Assembly (NCBI GenBank): GCA_027858915.1
Contig: JAQIBT010000147.1
Location: 1,855-65,854, forward strand
Direction of reading: 5' to 3'
Source of the DNA: Salinisphaera sp.
GTDB taxonomy: Bacteria > Pseudomonadota > Gammaproteobacteria > Nevskiales > Salinisphaeraceae
DNA length: 64,000 nt
Position 1 is the stretch's first letter; each line of letters begins with the position of its first letter. Positions 1 through 9,866 of the stretch are shown piece after piece. Both the position numbers and the translations under genes were made by a program. The notes beneath the pieces were generated by a model. That model did no database searches. It saw only the letters and a program-made list of their open reading frames with translations, and was not told the DNA's origin.

Positions 1-744
1 GTGCAGCACGCCCTTGATGTGGGCTATCGCCATATCGATACGGCCCAGATGTACAAGAACGAAGAAGCCGTCGGCCGCGGCATCAAAAACTCCGGGGTAG
101 CGCGCGAGGACATCTTTCTGACTACCAAGATCTGGACCGATCGCTACGCTGACGGTGATCTGCAGACGTCCGTGCAGGAAAGTCTGGATCGGCTCGGTAC
201 GGACTATGTCGATCTTATTCTGCTGCACTGGCCCAATCCTGATATTTCGCTCAAGGAAACATTGGGCGCACTCAACGATGTTCAGGAAAAAGGCCTGGCG
301 CGGCACATCGGCATCAGCAATTTCACCAAGGCGTTGATACACGAGGCCGTCGAAACCTCCGGCAAACCACTGGTCACCAACCAGGTGGAATATCATCCCT
401 ACCTGGATCAGAAGCCGGTTCTGGATGCGCTGTCGGAAACCGGCATGGCCATGACGGCCTATTGTCCGCTGGCGCGCGGCGAGGTATTCAAGGACCCCAC
501 CCTCGAACGCATCGGCAGGCAGCACGGCAAGAATGCCGGGCAGGTAGCGCTGCGATGGCTGATCCAGCAGGGCAACATTATTGCCGTACCGCGCTCGTCC
601 AACCCAGATCACGCAACGTCCAACTTCAACGTGTTCGATTTTGAACTCACGGAAGCACAGATGAGCCAGATCAGCACCCTGAACTCGCCGGAAGGCCGGA
701 TGATCAATCCGTCATTCGCGCCGAACTGGGATACGGCGGCATGA
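1..744 (+). CDS. Aldo/keto reductase, 2,5-diketo-D-gluconate reductase-like (5' end probably outside window)
   Basis: GYRHIDTAQMY, IFLTTKIW, DLILLHWP, IGISNF, NQVEYHP and AQVALRW AKR motifs. The usual N-terminal GLGT segment is absent, so the gene is likely partial. Confidence 0.9.
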   Translation: MQHALDVGYRHIDTAQMYKNEEAVGRGIKNSGVAREDIFLTTKIWTDRYADGDLQTSVQESLDRLGTDYVDLILLHWPNPDISLKETLGALNDVQEKGLARHIGISNFTKALIHEAVETSGKPLVTNQVEYHPYLDQKPVLDALSETGMAMTAYCPLARGEVFKDPTLERIGRQHGKNAGQVALRWLIQQGNIIAVPRSSNPDHATSNFNVFDFELTEAQMSQISTLNSPEGRMINPSFAPNWDTAA

Positions 745-778
745 TGGCAAGCTGACATTTTTAGACTTCGAAAACAAT

Positions 779-812
779 AAGCCGCGCTCGGATCATTGGG
801 CGCGGCTTTTCT
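779..812 (+). terminator. Rho-independent terminator-like hairpin
   Basis: aagccgcgc...gcgcggctt stem followed by a T-run, between convergent genes. Confidence 0.65.
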
Positions 813-888
813 GTGCCCAGCGGACGTAGCCTCCAGCACATTATCGCAGACAAATGTCTTCCGAGCAGAAGACTGAAGTCCGACTCGG

Positions 889-1932
889 CTAACGCCCAGC
901 GGCAATCCGGCTCTTGGCCATGGCCATGGCGGTTTCGGCGGTGGTCTCGCTGTTTTGCTGCGCGGTTTCGAAGATTTCGTCGAGCGTTGTCTCGATGGCA
1001 GCCACACGACGAGCGACACGTTCGGCGTCGTAGCCTGCGGGGTCGATTTCATCCGAGACGTTGATCAGACCGCCGGCGTTGATGACGAAATCCGGCGCAT
1101 AAACGATGCCACGTTCGCTCAGACGCTGGCCATCGGCCGCCGTGGCCAACTGATTGTTGGCCGCACCCGCCACCACACGGCACTGCAGCTTCGGGATGCT
1201 CGTTTCGTTAAGAATGGCGCCAATTCCACAGGGCGCAATCACGTCCACCGGCTGCGCGAGAATGACCTCGTTGTCGACCACCGTGGCGCCGAGCTGCTCG
1301 GCACGCGCTGTGGCTTGAGCGGCGATATCCGATACCAGCACCTGGGCACCGCGAGCCAGCAAGCGCTCGACGACGCCAAAGCCAACATTGCCACAGCCCT
1401 GGACAGCCACCTTGAGCCCCGCAAAATCGCCTGACATACCCGCTGCCTTCAGCGCGGAGCGCATACCTACGATCACACCTTGCGCGGTATAAGGCGATGG
1501 GTCGCCGGAGCCGCCGTCCTCCAGCGCGCGACCGACGGCAAACCGCGTCTTGTCGTTAAGTAGCGCAATATCGGATTCGTTCATGCCCATGTCTTCGGTG
1601 GCGACATAACGCCCGCCGACGCGTTCCACGAAGCCGGCCAGCGCGTGCATGCCGGCGCGACGGTCGGCCGGGAACGGACCCATCACCACAGCCTTGGCGC
1701 CGCCACAGGCGAGCCCAGCGCAGGCGGCCTTGTAGCTCATGGCCTCGGACAGACGCAGCACATCGGTCAGGGCCTCATTGTCGTCGGCATAGTTGCGAAT
1801 GCGCACGCCGCCTACCCCGGGGCCGAGCGCGGTCGAGTGCACGGCCACGATTGCTCGCAGCCCCGTGGCCGCATCGTGAAAGAAACAGACCTGTTCATGG
1901 CCTGCCTTGACCAGTGCTGGAAAAACCGCCAT
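889..1932 (-). CDS. Glu/Leu/Phe/Val dehydrogenase (leucine dehydrogenase-like)
   Basis: GLRAIVAVHSTALGPGVGG, LSEAMSYKAA, GGAKAV, TEDMG, GDPSPYTA, VAVQGCGNVG, VVAGAANNQL and PDFVINAGG motifs. Start set at ATG 1932 (GGAG upstream). Confidence 0.9.
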   Translation of the reverse strand: MAVFPALVKAGHEQVCFFHDAATGLRAIVAVHSTALGPGVGGVRIRNYADDNEALTDVLRLSEAMSYKAACAGLACGGAKAVVMGPFPADRRAGMHALAGFVERVGGRYVATEDMGMNESDIALLNDKTRFAVGRALEDGGSGDPSPYTAQGVIVGMRSALKAAGMSGDFAGLKVAVQGCGNVGFGVVERLLARGAQVLVSDIAAQATARAEQLGATVVDNEVILAQPVDVIAPCGIGAILNETSIPKLQCRVVAGAANNQLATAADGQRLSERGIVYAPDFVINAGGLINVSDEIDPAGYDAERVARRVAAIETTLDEIFETAQQNSETTAETAMAMAKSRIAAGR

Positions 1933-1972
1933 GTATCGCTCCATATGTCTGTGTGTCGAATCGGATTTCAAA

Positions 1973-1988
1973 CGCAATTCTGATGCCG
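1973..1988 (-). promoter_or_regulatory. Putative sigma54 (-24/-12) promoter for the amino-acid dehydrogenase
   Basis: Minus strand reads CGGCATCAGAATTGCG, with GG and TTGC at canonical sigma54 spacing, about 40 nt upstream of the ATG. Confidence 0.5.
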
Positions 1989-2124
1989 CGCAGCACGGCT
2001 GTCGACAGGCAGTGCTTGCAGCCCTTGCGCGCTGAAGCAATACTGGCATAGTCAGTTGGTACAAGATGAAGCGACGCTAGACGGCCAGGTCTCTGCCTTC
2101 GCGCTTCGTTCGGGGGGAGGTTTC

Positions 2125-2577
2125 ATGCGCCTACGCGCGTTATTGCTTGCAGTGCTCGCCGTCTGTTGCGGGCCCGTTTTCGCCCAGGCCGGCGGCGTGC
2201 AGATCGAACTCAACAAGCTGGAACAGGTCAACGGCGCCTGCCGCGCCTATCTGGTGACCCAAAACCTGACCGACAGTGCCTTCGATTCGCTCAAGCTGGA
2301 TGTCGTGATGTTCGACAGCCAGGGGATTGTCGCCAAGCGCCTGGCTGTGCAACTCGGACCCATGCCGGCGGGCAAGACCAGCCTCAAGGTATTCGATATT
2401 CCGGACCTCGCCTGTGACGGCATCGGCCAGCTCTTGCTGAATAATGTACTCGAATGCACATCGCCGCCCAGCCAGCCCACTGCCGACGGCGGCGCGGCCA
2501 ACAAGCCGGTCCAGCGCGACGATTGCTTGTCGCTGGTCTCGGTATCGCAGCGTGGCAAAGTGCCGTTCATCAAATGA
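2125..2577 (+). CDS. Secreted Cys-containing hypothetical protein heading the TonB/ExbBD operon
   Basis: GGAGG RBS, signal peptide (MRLRALLLAVLAVCCGPVFAQA), mature domain IELNKLE..ACRAYL..LKLDVVMFD..GKT..KVFD with four mature Cys. Confidence 0.75.
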   Translation: MRLRALLLAVLAVCCGPVFAQAGGVQIELNKLEQVNGACRAYLVTQNLTDSAFDSLKLDVVMFDSQGIVAKRLAVQLGPMPAGKTSLKVFDIPDLACDGIGQLLLNNVLECTSPPSQPTADGGAANKPVQRDDCLSLVSVSQRGKVPFIK

Positions 2578-2619
2578 TCGGCCTGGCTTGCATGGCGATC
2601 AGCCCACAGGAGCTTATCC

Positions 2620-3330
2620 GTGCTTGACTGGTTGATCGACTCGCTGACCCACTTGAACGACAGCCTGTTGCTGGGCGGGCCCGTCGTGGTGATTCTCATA
2701 CTGATGTCGATCGTGGCGATCATGATCGTCATCGCCAAGATGATGCAGTTTCGAGCGGCCGATATCACCGACCGACGTACCGCCCGCAGTGCCCTTACCA
2801 TCTACCGTACGGGTAATACCGCCGCCGCGCTCGCGGCCGCACGTCGCTCGGACAATGCCGCGGCTCGCGTGGTCGCTCGTACCATCGAACTCAAACAGCG
2901 CCCTTACGTGGATGAGGCCATGCTGCGCGAGGAAATCATGCAGTACGGCAGCGATCTGCTAGACAACCTGCGCTCGCATCTGCGTTCGCTGGAGGTCATT
3001 GCGTCGCTCGCGCCCCTGCTCGGCCTGTTCGGCACCGTGCTGGGCATGATCGAGGCGTTCCGCTCGCTGGAAGCCGCGGGCAGCCAAGTCAATCCAGCGC
3101 TGTTGTCCGGCGGCATCTGGCAGGCGCTGCTGACCACTGCCGTAGGGCTGGCTGTAGCCATGCCCGTAATCGTAGCGCTGAACTGGCTTGAGCGGCTTGT
3201 CGACCGGCAGGCCCAGGAGATGGATAGCGTCGTAACCCGGATCTTCACCGTTGATCTGTCGCGAGCGGCCTCGTATCCCAGCCAGGAACCCTATTACGAC
3301 GGCGATGTCTTTCGCGCCCCCTTCGTGTGA
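2620..3330 (+). CDS. exbB: MotA/TolQ/ExbB proton channel protein
   Basis: LEVIASLAPLLGLFGTVLGMI, GGIWQALLTTAVGLAVA signature; GGAG RBS. Confidence 0.9.
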   Translation: MLDWLIDSLTHLNDSLLLGGPVVVILILMSIVAIMIVIAKMMQFRAADITDRRTARSALTIYRTGNTAAALAAARRSDNAAARVVARTIELKQRPYVDEAMLREEIMQYGSDLLDNLRSHLRSLEVIASLAPLLGLFGTVLGMIEAFRSLEAAGSQVNPALLSGGIWQALLTTAVGLAVAMPVIVALNWLERLVDRQAQEMDSVVTRIFTVDLSRAASYPSQEPYYDGDVFRAPFV

Positions 3331-3465
3331 GGCAGATCAGCATGAGTTCGCGTAGATCGTATTGGCCCGAGCGATATCAACCGAGCGACGGACTCGATAA
3401 ACCAACCATGGTGGAACGCTCACGCCAGCGCAGCCCAGAGTTTGTGGCCGCCGCCCGGCCGTGCC

Positions 3466-3888
3466 ATGCAGACGTTCAGTAAACGCGGCGATCGCCGGCG
3501 ACCGTCGCTGATCAGCCTGACGCCATTGATCGACGTGGTGTTCATCCTGCTGTTGTTCTTCATGCTGGCCTACAGCCTATCGGACGAACACCAGATCACG
3601 CTCGACGCGCCGGCCGCGAGCCAGGGCCAAAACAGCATTCAGGGCGCGGTGCTGGTGGATGTACGCACCGATGGCGTGCGCTATGCAGGGCGTTACATGC
3701 CGCTCGACGTGCTGGTAAAACGGGTACAGGCTGTGGTGCACGGCCATCCTGAGCGCCGGGTTCTGGTGCGTTCGGGCCAGGTTGTTGCCTTGCAGGATAC
3801 GGTTCGTGTACTGGACGCGCTGTCAGCGGCCGGTATTAGCCATATTTCGATGATGGGCAATCCGGCAACCGCCGGAAACGGCGGCTGA
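3466..3888 (+). CDS. exbD: Biopolymer transporter ExbD/TolR (copy 1)
   Basis: SLTPLIDVVFILLLFFML signature with the conserved TM Asp. Confidence 0.88.
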   Translation: MQTFSKRGDRRRPSLISLTPLIDVVFILLLFFMLAYSLSDEHQITLDAPAASQGQNSIQGAVLVDVRTDGVRYAGRYMPLDVLVKRVQAVVHGHPERRVLVRSGQVVALQDTVRVLDALSAAGISHISMMGNPATAGNGG

Positions 3889-3891
3889 ACC

Positions 3892-4314
3892 ATGCACTTC
3901 CGCCGGCCCACTCAGCAGACGCGCAACGAGCGCAGTCTCGACGACGCCATACTGCCCCTCACCAATATCGTGTTTCTGCTGCTGATCTTCTTCATGCTCG
4001 CCGGCCGATTGGCGACACCGGAACCGTTTACGATCCAACCACCGCAGTCAACCAGCAAACATGCAGCCGATACCAGCGGTATTGACGTACAGATCGGCCG
4101 CGATGGCCAGCTGGCGATGGACGGCAAGACGCAGACGATCAGCGATCTGCAGGCTGCAGTTGCGGCCCGGCTGAAGCAATCGCCTGACACCGCGATCCAG
4201 CTGCGCGCTGACGGCTCGACACGAGCCGAGCGCGTCGTCGAGATCATGCAGCGGCTGCATGCCGCGGGCGCCCAGAAGCTGCGCCTGATCACGGTCTCGC
4301 CCGATCGACGTTAA
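3892..4314 (+). CDS. exbD: Biopolymer transporter ExbD/TolR (copy 2)
   Basis: ILPLTNIVFLLLIFFMLAG, IQLRADG..VVEIMQRL. The TM residue normally Asp reads Asn here. Confidence 0.85.
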   Translation: MHFRRPTQQTRNERSLDDAILPLTNIVFLLLIFFMLAGRLATPEPFTIQPPQSTSKHAADTSGIDVQIGRDGQLAMDGKTQTISDLQAAVAARLKQSPDTAIQLRADGSTRAERVVEIMQRLHAAGAQKLRLITVSPDRR

Positions 4315-5201
4315 TGGATATCTCTCGCCGTCAATGGTTTGTGGCGCTCGCAGTGGCGACCGGCCTCCACCTGCTGGTGCTGGCTGCCGTGCATTGGTCT
4401 GGCCCGCCCGCAACGCCGCCGACAGACAGCCCCAAGGGCGTGATGATTACGCTGGACAATCTCGACAGCGGTCCACCGCCGCCGACCAGTATTGACGACC
4501 TGCCGATCGAAAGCCTCAGCGAAAACGCCGAGATCGGCCCGCCAGACGCAACGACCGCAGACACACCGGTCAGCGACACGGCACCGGTAGCGGCCAACGA
4601 GGCCATCAGCGCGAATCCGCCACCAGCGGCCGCGCCGATCGGACCGGCGCCCGCGCTGGACGCGGCCGAACCGGTCATATCCGACACGCCGCCCGCCGCT
4701 ATCGCCAACGCAGGCAGCGGCCCAGAGGCCAATCCGCAGAACATCGCGCCGAATAGCGCCCGCACACCTGCCATCACTGCGGCTGTATCCGTGCGCCCGG
4801 ACACCACGCTTGACGCCAGGCAACCTGACCAAGAGGTGACCGCACGCGACGCGACGCAGCCAGACACAAGCGCGTCGACGCCGCACAACGGCGCCTACGG
4901 GAGCAGCGAGCAAGCCACCAACGACTACGTCGCCACGTTGCGCGCCTGGCTGTCGCGACACAAGCGCTATCCGGAGCAAGCGCGTGCTGCGGGCCGCACC
5001 GGTACGGTCAAACTCTATATCGTCGTTGATGCCTCCGGCCACGTTCTCGAACACCGGATTGCTCAGTCGTCCGGCATAGCAGCGCTCGACCAGGCTGCCA
5101 ACAACATGCTCGCTCGCTCCGAACCATTACCGGCCATGCCCTCAGCGACCGATCGAAACCGGCTGGAACTGGTGATTCCGATCGTATTCACTCTGCACTG
5201 A
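4314..5201 (+). CDS. tonB: Energy transducer TonB
   Basis: N-terminal TM with His (GLHLLVL), Pro/Ala/Thr/Asp-rich linker, and C-terminal TonB domain (KRYPEQAR..GTVKLYIVVDASG..SSGIAALDQAA). Confidence 0.85.
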   Translation: MDISRRQWFVALAVATGLHLLVLAAVHWSGPPATPPTDSPKGVMITLDNLDSGPPPPTSIDDLPIESLSENAEIGPPDATTADTPVSDTAPVAANEAISANPPPAAAPIGPAPALDAAEPVISDTPPAAIANAGSGPEANPQNIAPNSARTPAITAAVSVRPDTTLDARQPDQEVTARDATQPDTSASTPHNGAYGSSEQATNDYVATLRAWLSRHKRYPEQARAAGRTGTVKLYIVVDASGHVLEHRIAQSSGIAALDQAANNMLARSEPLPAMPSATDRNRLELVIPIVFTLH

Positions 5202-5221
5202 GTTCTGGCCGAATTGCGTAG

Positions 5222-6163
5222 TCACCACGGCACCAGTTCCACCCGTCGGTTCTTGGCCCGGCCAATTGCGTTGGCATTGCTGGCACGCGGCGAGGCATAA
5301 CCTACGCCCAGCGGTTTGAGACGCGCCGGATCCACGCCGTACTTGGCGACCAGTGCATCGGTCACGGCCCGGGCACGCTTGAGGGAAAGCGCCTGATTGT
5401 AGGCAAAGCTGCCCTGATTATCCGTATGGCCCACGACCAGCAGCTTCAATCCGGGTTGGTCGTGCAGCAGCTTGGCGATCTCGCCAACCGTGGCGTCCGA
5501 GCCCGGCCGTATCTGCGCACTGTCCGTGCTGAAGAAGATACCGTAGAGCGCAGCACGCCCTGTCTGAGCGATCTGGCGTGCCATTTCGGCAGCGCTAACC
5601 GAGATTGCGCCCACTTCGCGCGGACGTGACTGCACCTGATCGAACTCGAGCGCGAGTTGATCGCCGTGCGGGGCGATCTGATACACCACATAATCGTCGC
5701 CGCGGCTGCCAGTGCGCCGTAACGCGCGGTATATCTGTTGACCGACGCCTTGTGAAAAGCTACTGGACGATGCCCGATAGCCGGGTGACGCGCTCTTGAA
5801 GCGTGCACCGCATTTCGAGCCGACGCAGTGATAGACCGTATCGAAGCCGGCCTGCGACAAGCGCTCGGCCAGTTCGGTGTCCAGCGCGGCGGGCTTTTCC
5901 CCACCGGCCACCCAGTAGCGCCGCTGGATGGCCTGGCCGTCGATGGTGCGGATGGCAGCAATGTTGCCGGCGATGCCGCCGAGCTGAACGATCGGGCCAG
6001 TAATCACCGGATACGTAGTCGCGTTATGCTGGTGCTGGTCGACCAGTGCGGCCTGCGCCGGCATTGCGATCGGTACCGTCTCGGCGCGTGCCACCCCTGC
6101 CGCAGCAATACAGACAATGACTGCGCACAGTATTTTTTGTTGCCAGCCGGCGCTCGTCTTCAT
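5222..6163 (-). CDS. OmpA-family peptidoglycan-binding protein with DUF4892-like N-terminal domain
   Basis: Signal peptide, F.C.G..CG motif, and C-terminal OmpA_C (GIFFSTDSAQI, VVGHTDNQG, NQALSLKRA, NRRVEL). Confidence 0.85.
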   Translation of the reverse strand: MKTSAGWQQKILCAVIVCIAAAGVARAETVPIAMPAQAALVDQHQHNATTYPVITGPIVQLGGIAGNIAAIRTIDGQAIQRRYWVAGGEKPAALDTELAERLSQAGFDTVYHCVGSKCGARFKSASPGYRASSSSFSQGVGQQIYRALRRTGSRGDDYVVYQIAPHGDQLALEFDQVQSRPREVGAISVSAAEMARQIAQTGRAALYGIFFSTDSAQIRPGSDATVGEIAKLLHDQPGLKLLVVGHTDNQGSFAYNQALSLKRARAVTDALVAKYGVDPARLKPLGVGYASPRASNANAIGRAKNRRVELVPW

Positions 6164-6219
6164 GCACGCATACTACCGCCACGACCTGGGCAAAGTCAGC
6201 CGACTGCCGGGATTCGCGT

Positions 6220-6252
6220 CATCGAGCCGGGCGGCGTGATACCGGCTCGATG
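6220..6252 (-). terminator. GC-rich hairpin downstream of fadA (no clear U-tract)
   Basis: Perfect 11-bp stem catcgagccgg/ccggctcgatg, about 20 nt after the fadA stop. Confidence 0.35.
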
Positions 6253-6271
6253 GTCAGGCTTCGGCTTACGC

Positions 6272-7435
6272 TCAGTTGACGCGCTCGATCACCGTGGCGA
6301 TCCCCTGGCCCATGCCAATACACATGGTTGCCAGGCCCATATTGGCGTCCCGGTCCTGGAGGATATGCGCGAGTGCGCCGGTAATCCGGGCGCCCGAAGT
6401 ACCCAGGGGATGTCCGAGTGCGATCGCGCCGCCGCGCACATTGATATGATCCTGGCGATCCTCGATGCCCAGTTCCTTCAGTACCGCGAGGCTCTGGGCC
6501 GCAAACGCCTCATTGAGCTCGATGTAGTCGATATCGGACAGGCTGACGCCGGCATGCGCGAGTGCTTTCTGGCTGGCCGGCACCGGTCCGCGTCCCATCA
6601 CCGACGGATCACAGCCGGCCACGCCCATACCGCGGATTCTGGCCATGGGTTTCAGCCCTAGCTTGCGGGCCTTGTCCGCCGACATGACGATCATGGCGGC
6701 GGCGCCGTCAGAAATGGCCGACGAGTTGCCGGCAGTGACCGTTCCGCCGCGCGGATTGAAGGCCGGGCGCAGCGATCCGAGGCTTTCCATGCTGGCATCG
6801 GCGCGTACGACTTCGTCCGCCGCACACATCATGGCGTGGCCTTTCTCATCGAAGCCGCGTACCGGCACGATCTCGTCGGCAAACTCGCCGTCGACGTTCG
6901 CCCGGTGCGCGCGTTGATGACTGGCCAGCGCGAATGCATCCTGCGCCTCGCGGTCGATCTTATGGATATTGGCCAGCATTTCGGCGGTCAGGCCCATCAT
7001 GGCTGCCGGTTTGGCGACATGTTTCGACAGGGCCGGGGCGATATCGACGTTGTAATCCATCGGCACATGGCCCATATGCTCTACGCCGCCGCAGATGAAG
7101 ATACCGTCGATGCCGGCCGCAAGCGCGCCGACTGCGGTATGGATCGACTGCATGGACGATCCACACAGCCGGTTGACCGTCTGGCCGGCAACCGCATGCG
7201 GCAGGCCGGCAAGCAGCAAGGCATTGCGACCGATGTTCAGGCCTTGTTCCTTGGTCTGCTGCACACAGCCCCAGATGACGTCTTCGATGGTTTCGGGGTC
7301 GATGGCGTCGTTGCGCTTCAGGAGCGCATTCATCAGCTCGGCCGACAGTTCCTCGGCGCGGGTGTTACGGTACATGCCGCCCTTCGAGCGGCCCATGGCG
7401 GTACGCACCGCGTCAACAATAACAATGTCTTGCAT
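6272..7435 (-). CDS. fadA: 3-ketoacyl-CoA thiolase FadA
   Basis: [10 protein letters not shown] catalytic Cys, [26 protein letters not shown]; directly follows fadB. Confidence 0.95.
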   Translation of the reverse strand: MQDIVIVDAVRTAMGRSKGGMYRNTRAEELSAELMNALLKRNDAIDPETIEDVIWGCVQQTKEQGLNIGRNALLLAGLPHAVAGQTVNRLCGSSMQSIHTAVGALAAGIDGIFICGGVEHMGHVPMDYNVDIAPALSKHVAKPAAMMGLTAEMLANIHKIDREAQDAFALASHQRAHRANVDGEFADEIVPVRGFDEKGHAMMCAADEVVRADASMESLGSLRPAFNPRGGTVTAGNSSAISDGAAAMIVMSADKARKLGLKPMARIRGMGVAGCDPSVMGRGPVPASQKALAHAGVSLSDIDYIELNEAFAAQSLAVLKELGIEDRQDHINVRGGAIALGHPLGTSGARITGALAHILQDRDANMGLATMCIGMGQGIATVIERVN

Positions 7436-7480
7436 GACTTATCTCCAATAACAATTCAGATGACGTGTCGGCTATCCAGG

Positions 7481-9634
7481 TCACGACATCTGGAAATAGG
7501 TTTCGCCGCTGGCTGCCATATCGCGCATACGCTCGGTCGGCTCGTAGAGCTTGCCGAGTCGCGCGTACTGGTCGGCTTTGTCGCAGACGGTCTTCAGACC
7601 CAGCGAATCGGCATACTTGAAGGCACCGCCGCGGAACGGCGGAAAACCAAGGCCCATGATCAGGCCCATATCGACCTCGTTTGGTGTCTCGGCAATACCT
7701 TCCTCGAGCGAGCGCGCGGCTTCGATGATCAGCGGGATCATCATGCGGTCGACGATTTCCTCGGCCTCGAAGTCCTTCCAGCCGTCACGCTGCACGGTCT
7801 TGATCAGCTCGTAGGCCTGCGGATCTTCGGACTTCTTCGGACGACCTTTCTTGTCTTTTTCATACTGGTAATAGCCAGAGCCGGTCTTCTGACCGAGGCG
7901 GTTGTTCTCCACCATGACGTCCAGTGACGATTTACCGTCCTGCTTCATTCGATCCGGATAGCCTTCGGCCAGCACCTCCTCGACGTGCTGTGAAGTATCC
8001 ATGCCGACGACGTCCGACAGATAGGCCGGGCCCATCGGCCAGCCAAACTTCTCCATCACCTTGTCGATCTTCGCGAAGTCGGCGCCTTCGGAAATCAGCT
8101 GCTGGAAACCGAAGAAATAAGGGAACAGGACGCGATTGACGAGAAATCCCGGGCAGTCGTTGACCACGATCGGGGTCTTGCCCAGCTTGTGGGCGAAGTC
8201 GACGATCGTAGCGATGGCCTGTTCTGAAGACGCCTTGCCCTTGATCACCTCCACCAGCGGCATCTTGTGTACCGGGTTGAAGAAATGCATGCCAAGGAAG
8301 TTCTCGGGGCGCTGCAGGCCCGCGGCCAGCGAATCGATCGATATGCTTGAGGTATTCGACGCCAGGATGGTCTTGTCGGACACCTTCTCTTCGGTCTCGG
8401 CCAGCACGGATGTCTTGATCTTTGGATTCTCGACCACCGCCTCGATCACCACGTCGACCTCGCCGAATTCGGCATACGACAGCGTCGGACGAATACGCGA
8501 CATCCCTTCGGCCATCTGTGCGGTATCCATCTTGCCGCGTTCGACGCCCTTCGCGAAGTGCTTTGCGGCTTCTTCCAGGCCTTGATCGATCGCTTCTTCC
8601 CGGATGTCCTTCATCAGGGTAGCCACGCCCTTGTAGGCCGACTGGTAGGCAATACCGCCGCCCATGATGCCGGCGCCGAGCACTGCCGCCTGGTTCACAT
8701 CGCGCGCGATCTTCCCGTATTTCCTGCCCTTCTTCTTGATCAGCTGGTCGTTGAGGAAAAGCTGGATGAGTGCGGCGGCCTGCGGGGTCTTGGCAATCTT
8801 GACGAAGCCTTCGGTCTCGACTTTCAACGCCTCGTCTCGCGACATGTGCGCGGCTTGAGCCATACGATCAATCGCTTCGATCGGGGCCGGATAGTTGCCC
8901 TTGGTGATGCCCATCACGTAGCCCCTGGATGTATTGAACACCATCGCAGCTTCGGTACGGTTAAGCTTGAGCGGTCCTTTCTTCTCGGCCTTGCGCGCCT
9001 GCCAGTCGAATTCGCCAGCGATAGCCTTGGCCAGCAGATCACGGGCGGCGGCCTGCAGTTCATCGTCGGCGACCACAGCATCGACCATGCCCACGGCGTA
9101 CGCCTTGTCTGCCGCTCGGGGTTTACCGTCGGCGATCCACTCAATCGCGTTGTCGGCGCCAATCAGGCGCGGCGCACGCACGGTGCCGCCGAAACCCGGA
9201 TAGATACCCAGCTGTGTTTCCGGGAAACCGATCTTCGCGGACGCCGCCATCACCCGATAATCCGTGGACAGACACATTTCCAGACCGCCGCCCAGCGCCA
9301 GTCCATTGATCGCGGTCACGCTCGGATAGCCAAGGTCTTCGATGGCATTGAAAACCGCTAGCGAGGCCGCCGCACCGGCGGCGAATTCGTCGTCGGGCAA
9401 TTTGAAGCGCGCACCAAACTCCATGATGTCAGCGCCGACGATGAACGTGCTCTTGCCCGACGTGACCAGGAGGCCTTTCACGTCGGTCGCCGCGGACAGT
9501 GCGCCAGCGGCTTCTCCCAGTTCGGTCACCGTGGCCTGGTCGAACTTGTTTACCGACTCCTGCCCGGCATCGAAGCACAGCACGGCAATATCACCGTCGG
9601 TCTTGACCGTCAGTTTGGACCCTTCATACAACAT
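7481..9634 (-). CDS. fadB: Fatty acid oxidation complex alpha subunit FadB
   Basis: Crotonase domain (FIVGADI, ALGGGLE) fused to 3-hydroxyacyl-CoA dehydrogenase ([32 protein letters not shown]). Start set at ATG 9634 (717 aa). Confidence 0.95.
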   Translation of the reverse strand: MLYEGSKLTVKTDGDIAVLCFDAGQESVNKFDQATVTELGEAAGALSAATDVKGLLVTSGKSTFIVGADIMEFGARFKLPDDEFAAGAAASLAVFNAIEDLGYPSVTAINGLALGGGLEMCLSTDYRVMAASAKIGFPETQLGIYPGFGGTVRAPRLIGADNAIEWIADGKPRAADKAYAVGMVDAVVADDELQAAARDLLAKAIAGEFDWQARKAEKKGPLKLNRTEAAMVFNTSRGYVMGITKGNYPAPIEAIDRMAQAAHMSRDEALKVETEGFVKIAKTPQAAALIQLFLNDQLIKKKGRKYGKIARDVNQAAVLGAGIMGGGIAYQSAYKGVATLMKDIREEAIDQGLEEAAKHFAKGVERGKMDTAQMAEGMSRIRPTLSYAEFGEVDVVIEAVVENPKIKTSVLAETEEKVSDKTILASNTSSISIDSLAAGLQRPENFLGMHFFNPVHKMPLVEVIKGKASSEQAIATIVDFAHKLGKTPIVVNDCPGFLVNRVLFPYFFGFQQLISEGADFAKIDKVMEKFGWPMGPAYLSDVVGMDTSQHVEEVLAEGYPDRMKQDGKSSLDVMVENNRLGQKTGSGYYQYEKDKKGRPKKSEDPQAYELIKTVQRDGWKDFEAEEIVDRMMIPLIIEAARSLEEGIAETPNEVDMGLIMGLGFPPFRGGAFKYADSLGLKTVCDKADQYARLGKLYEPTERMRDMAASGETYFQMS

Positions 9635-9866
9635 GGAACACGCTCCAGCAGGGAAAATTGATGGCGGACGGATACACTGTCCGCTCCGCGATTCATATCG
9701 AGCAATACGGTACCGTACTGTAGAGAGCCTCACAATGAACAATCGCCTTTGTAACAAGCGCTACCCAAGGCGTTGATCTGCACCACTGGAACCCTGTAAA
9801 CTTTTGACTTGCCCGCGCGGGCGTGATTATCTATTCGTCAGATTATTCCTAAGCCGAGTGGCTGGC

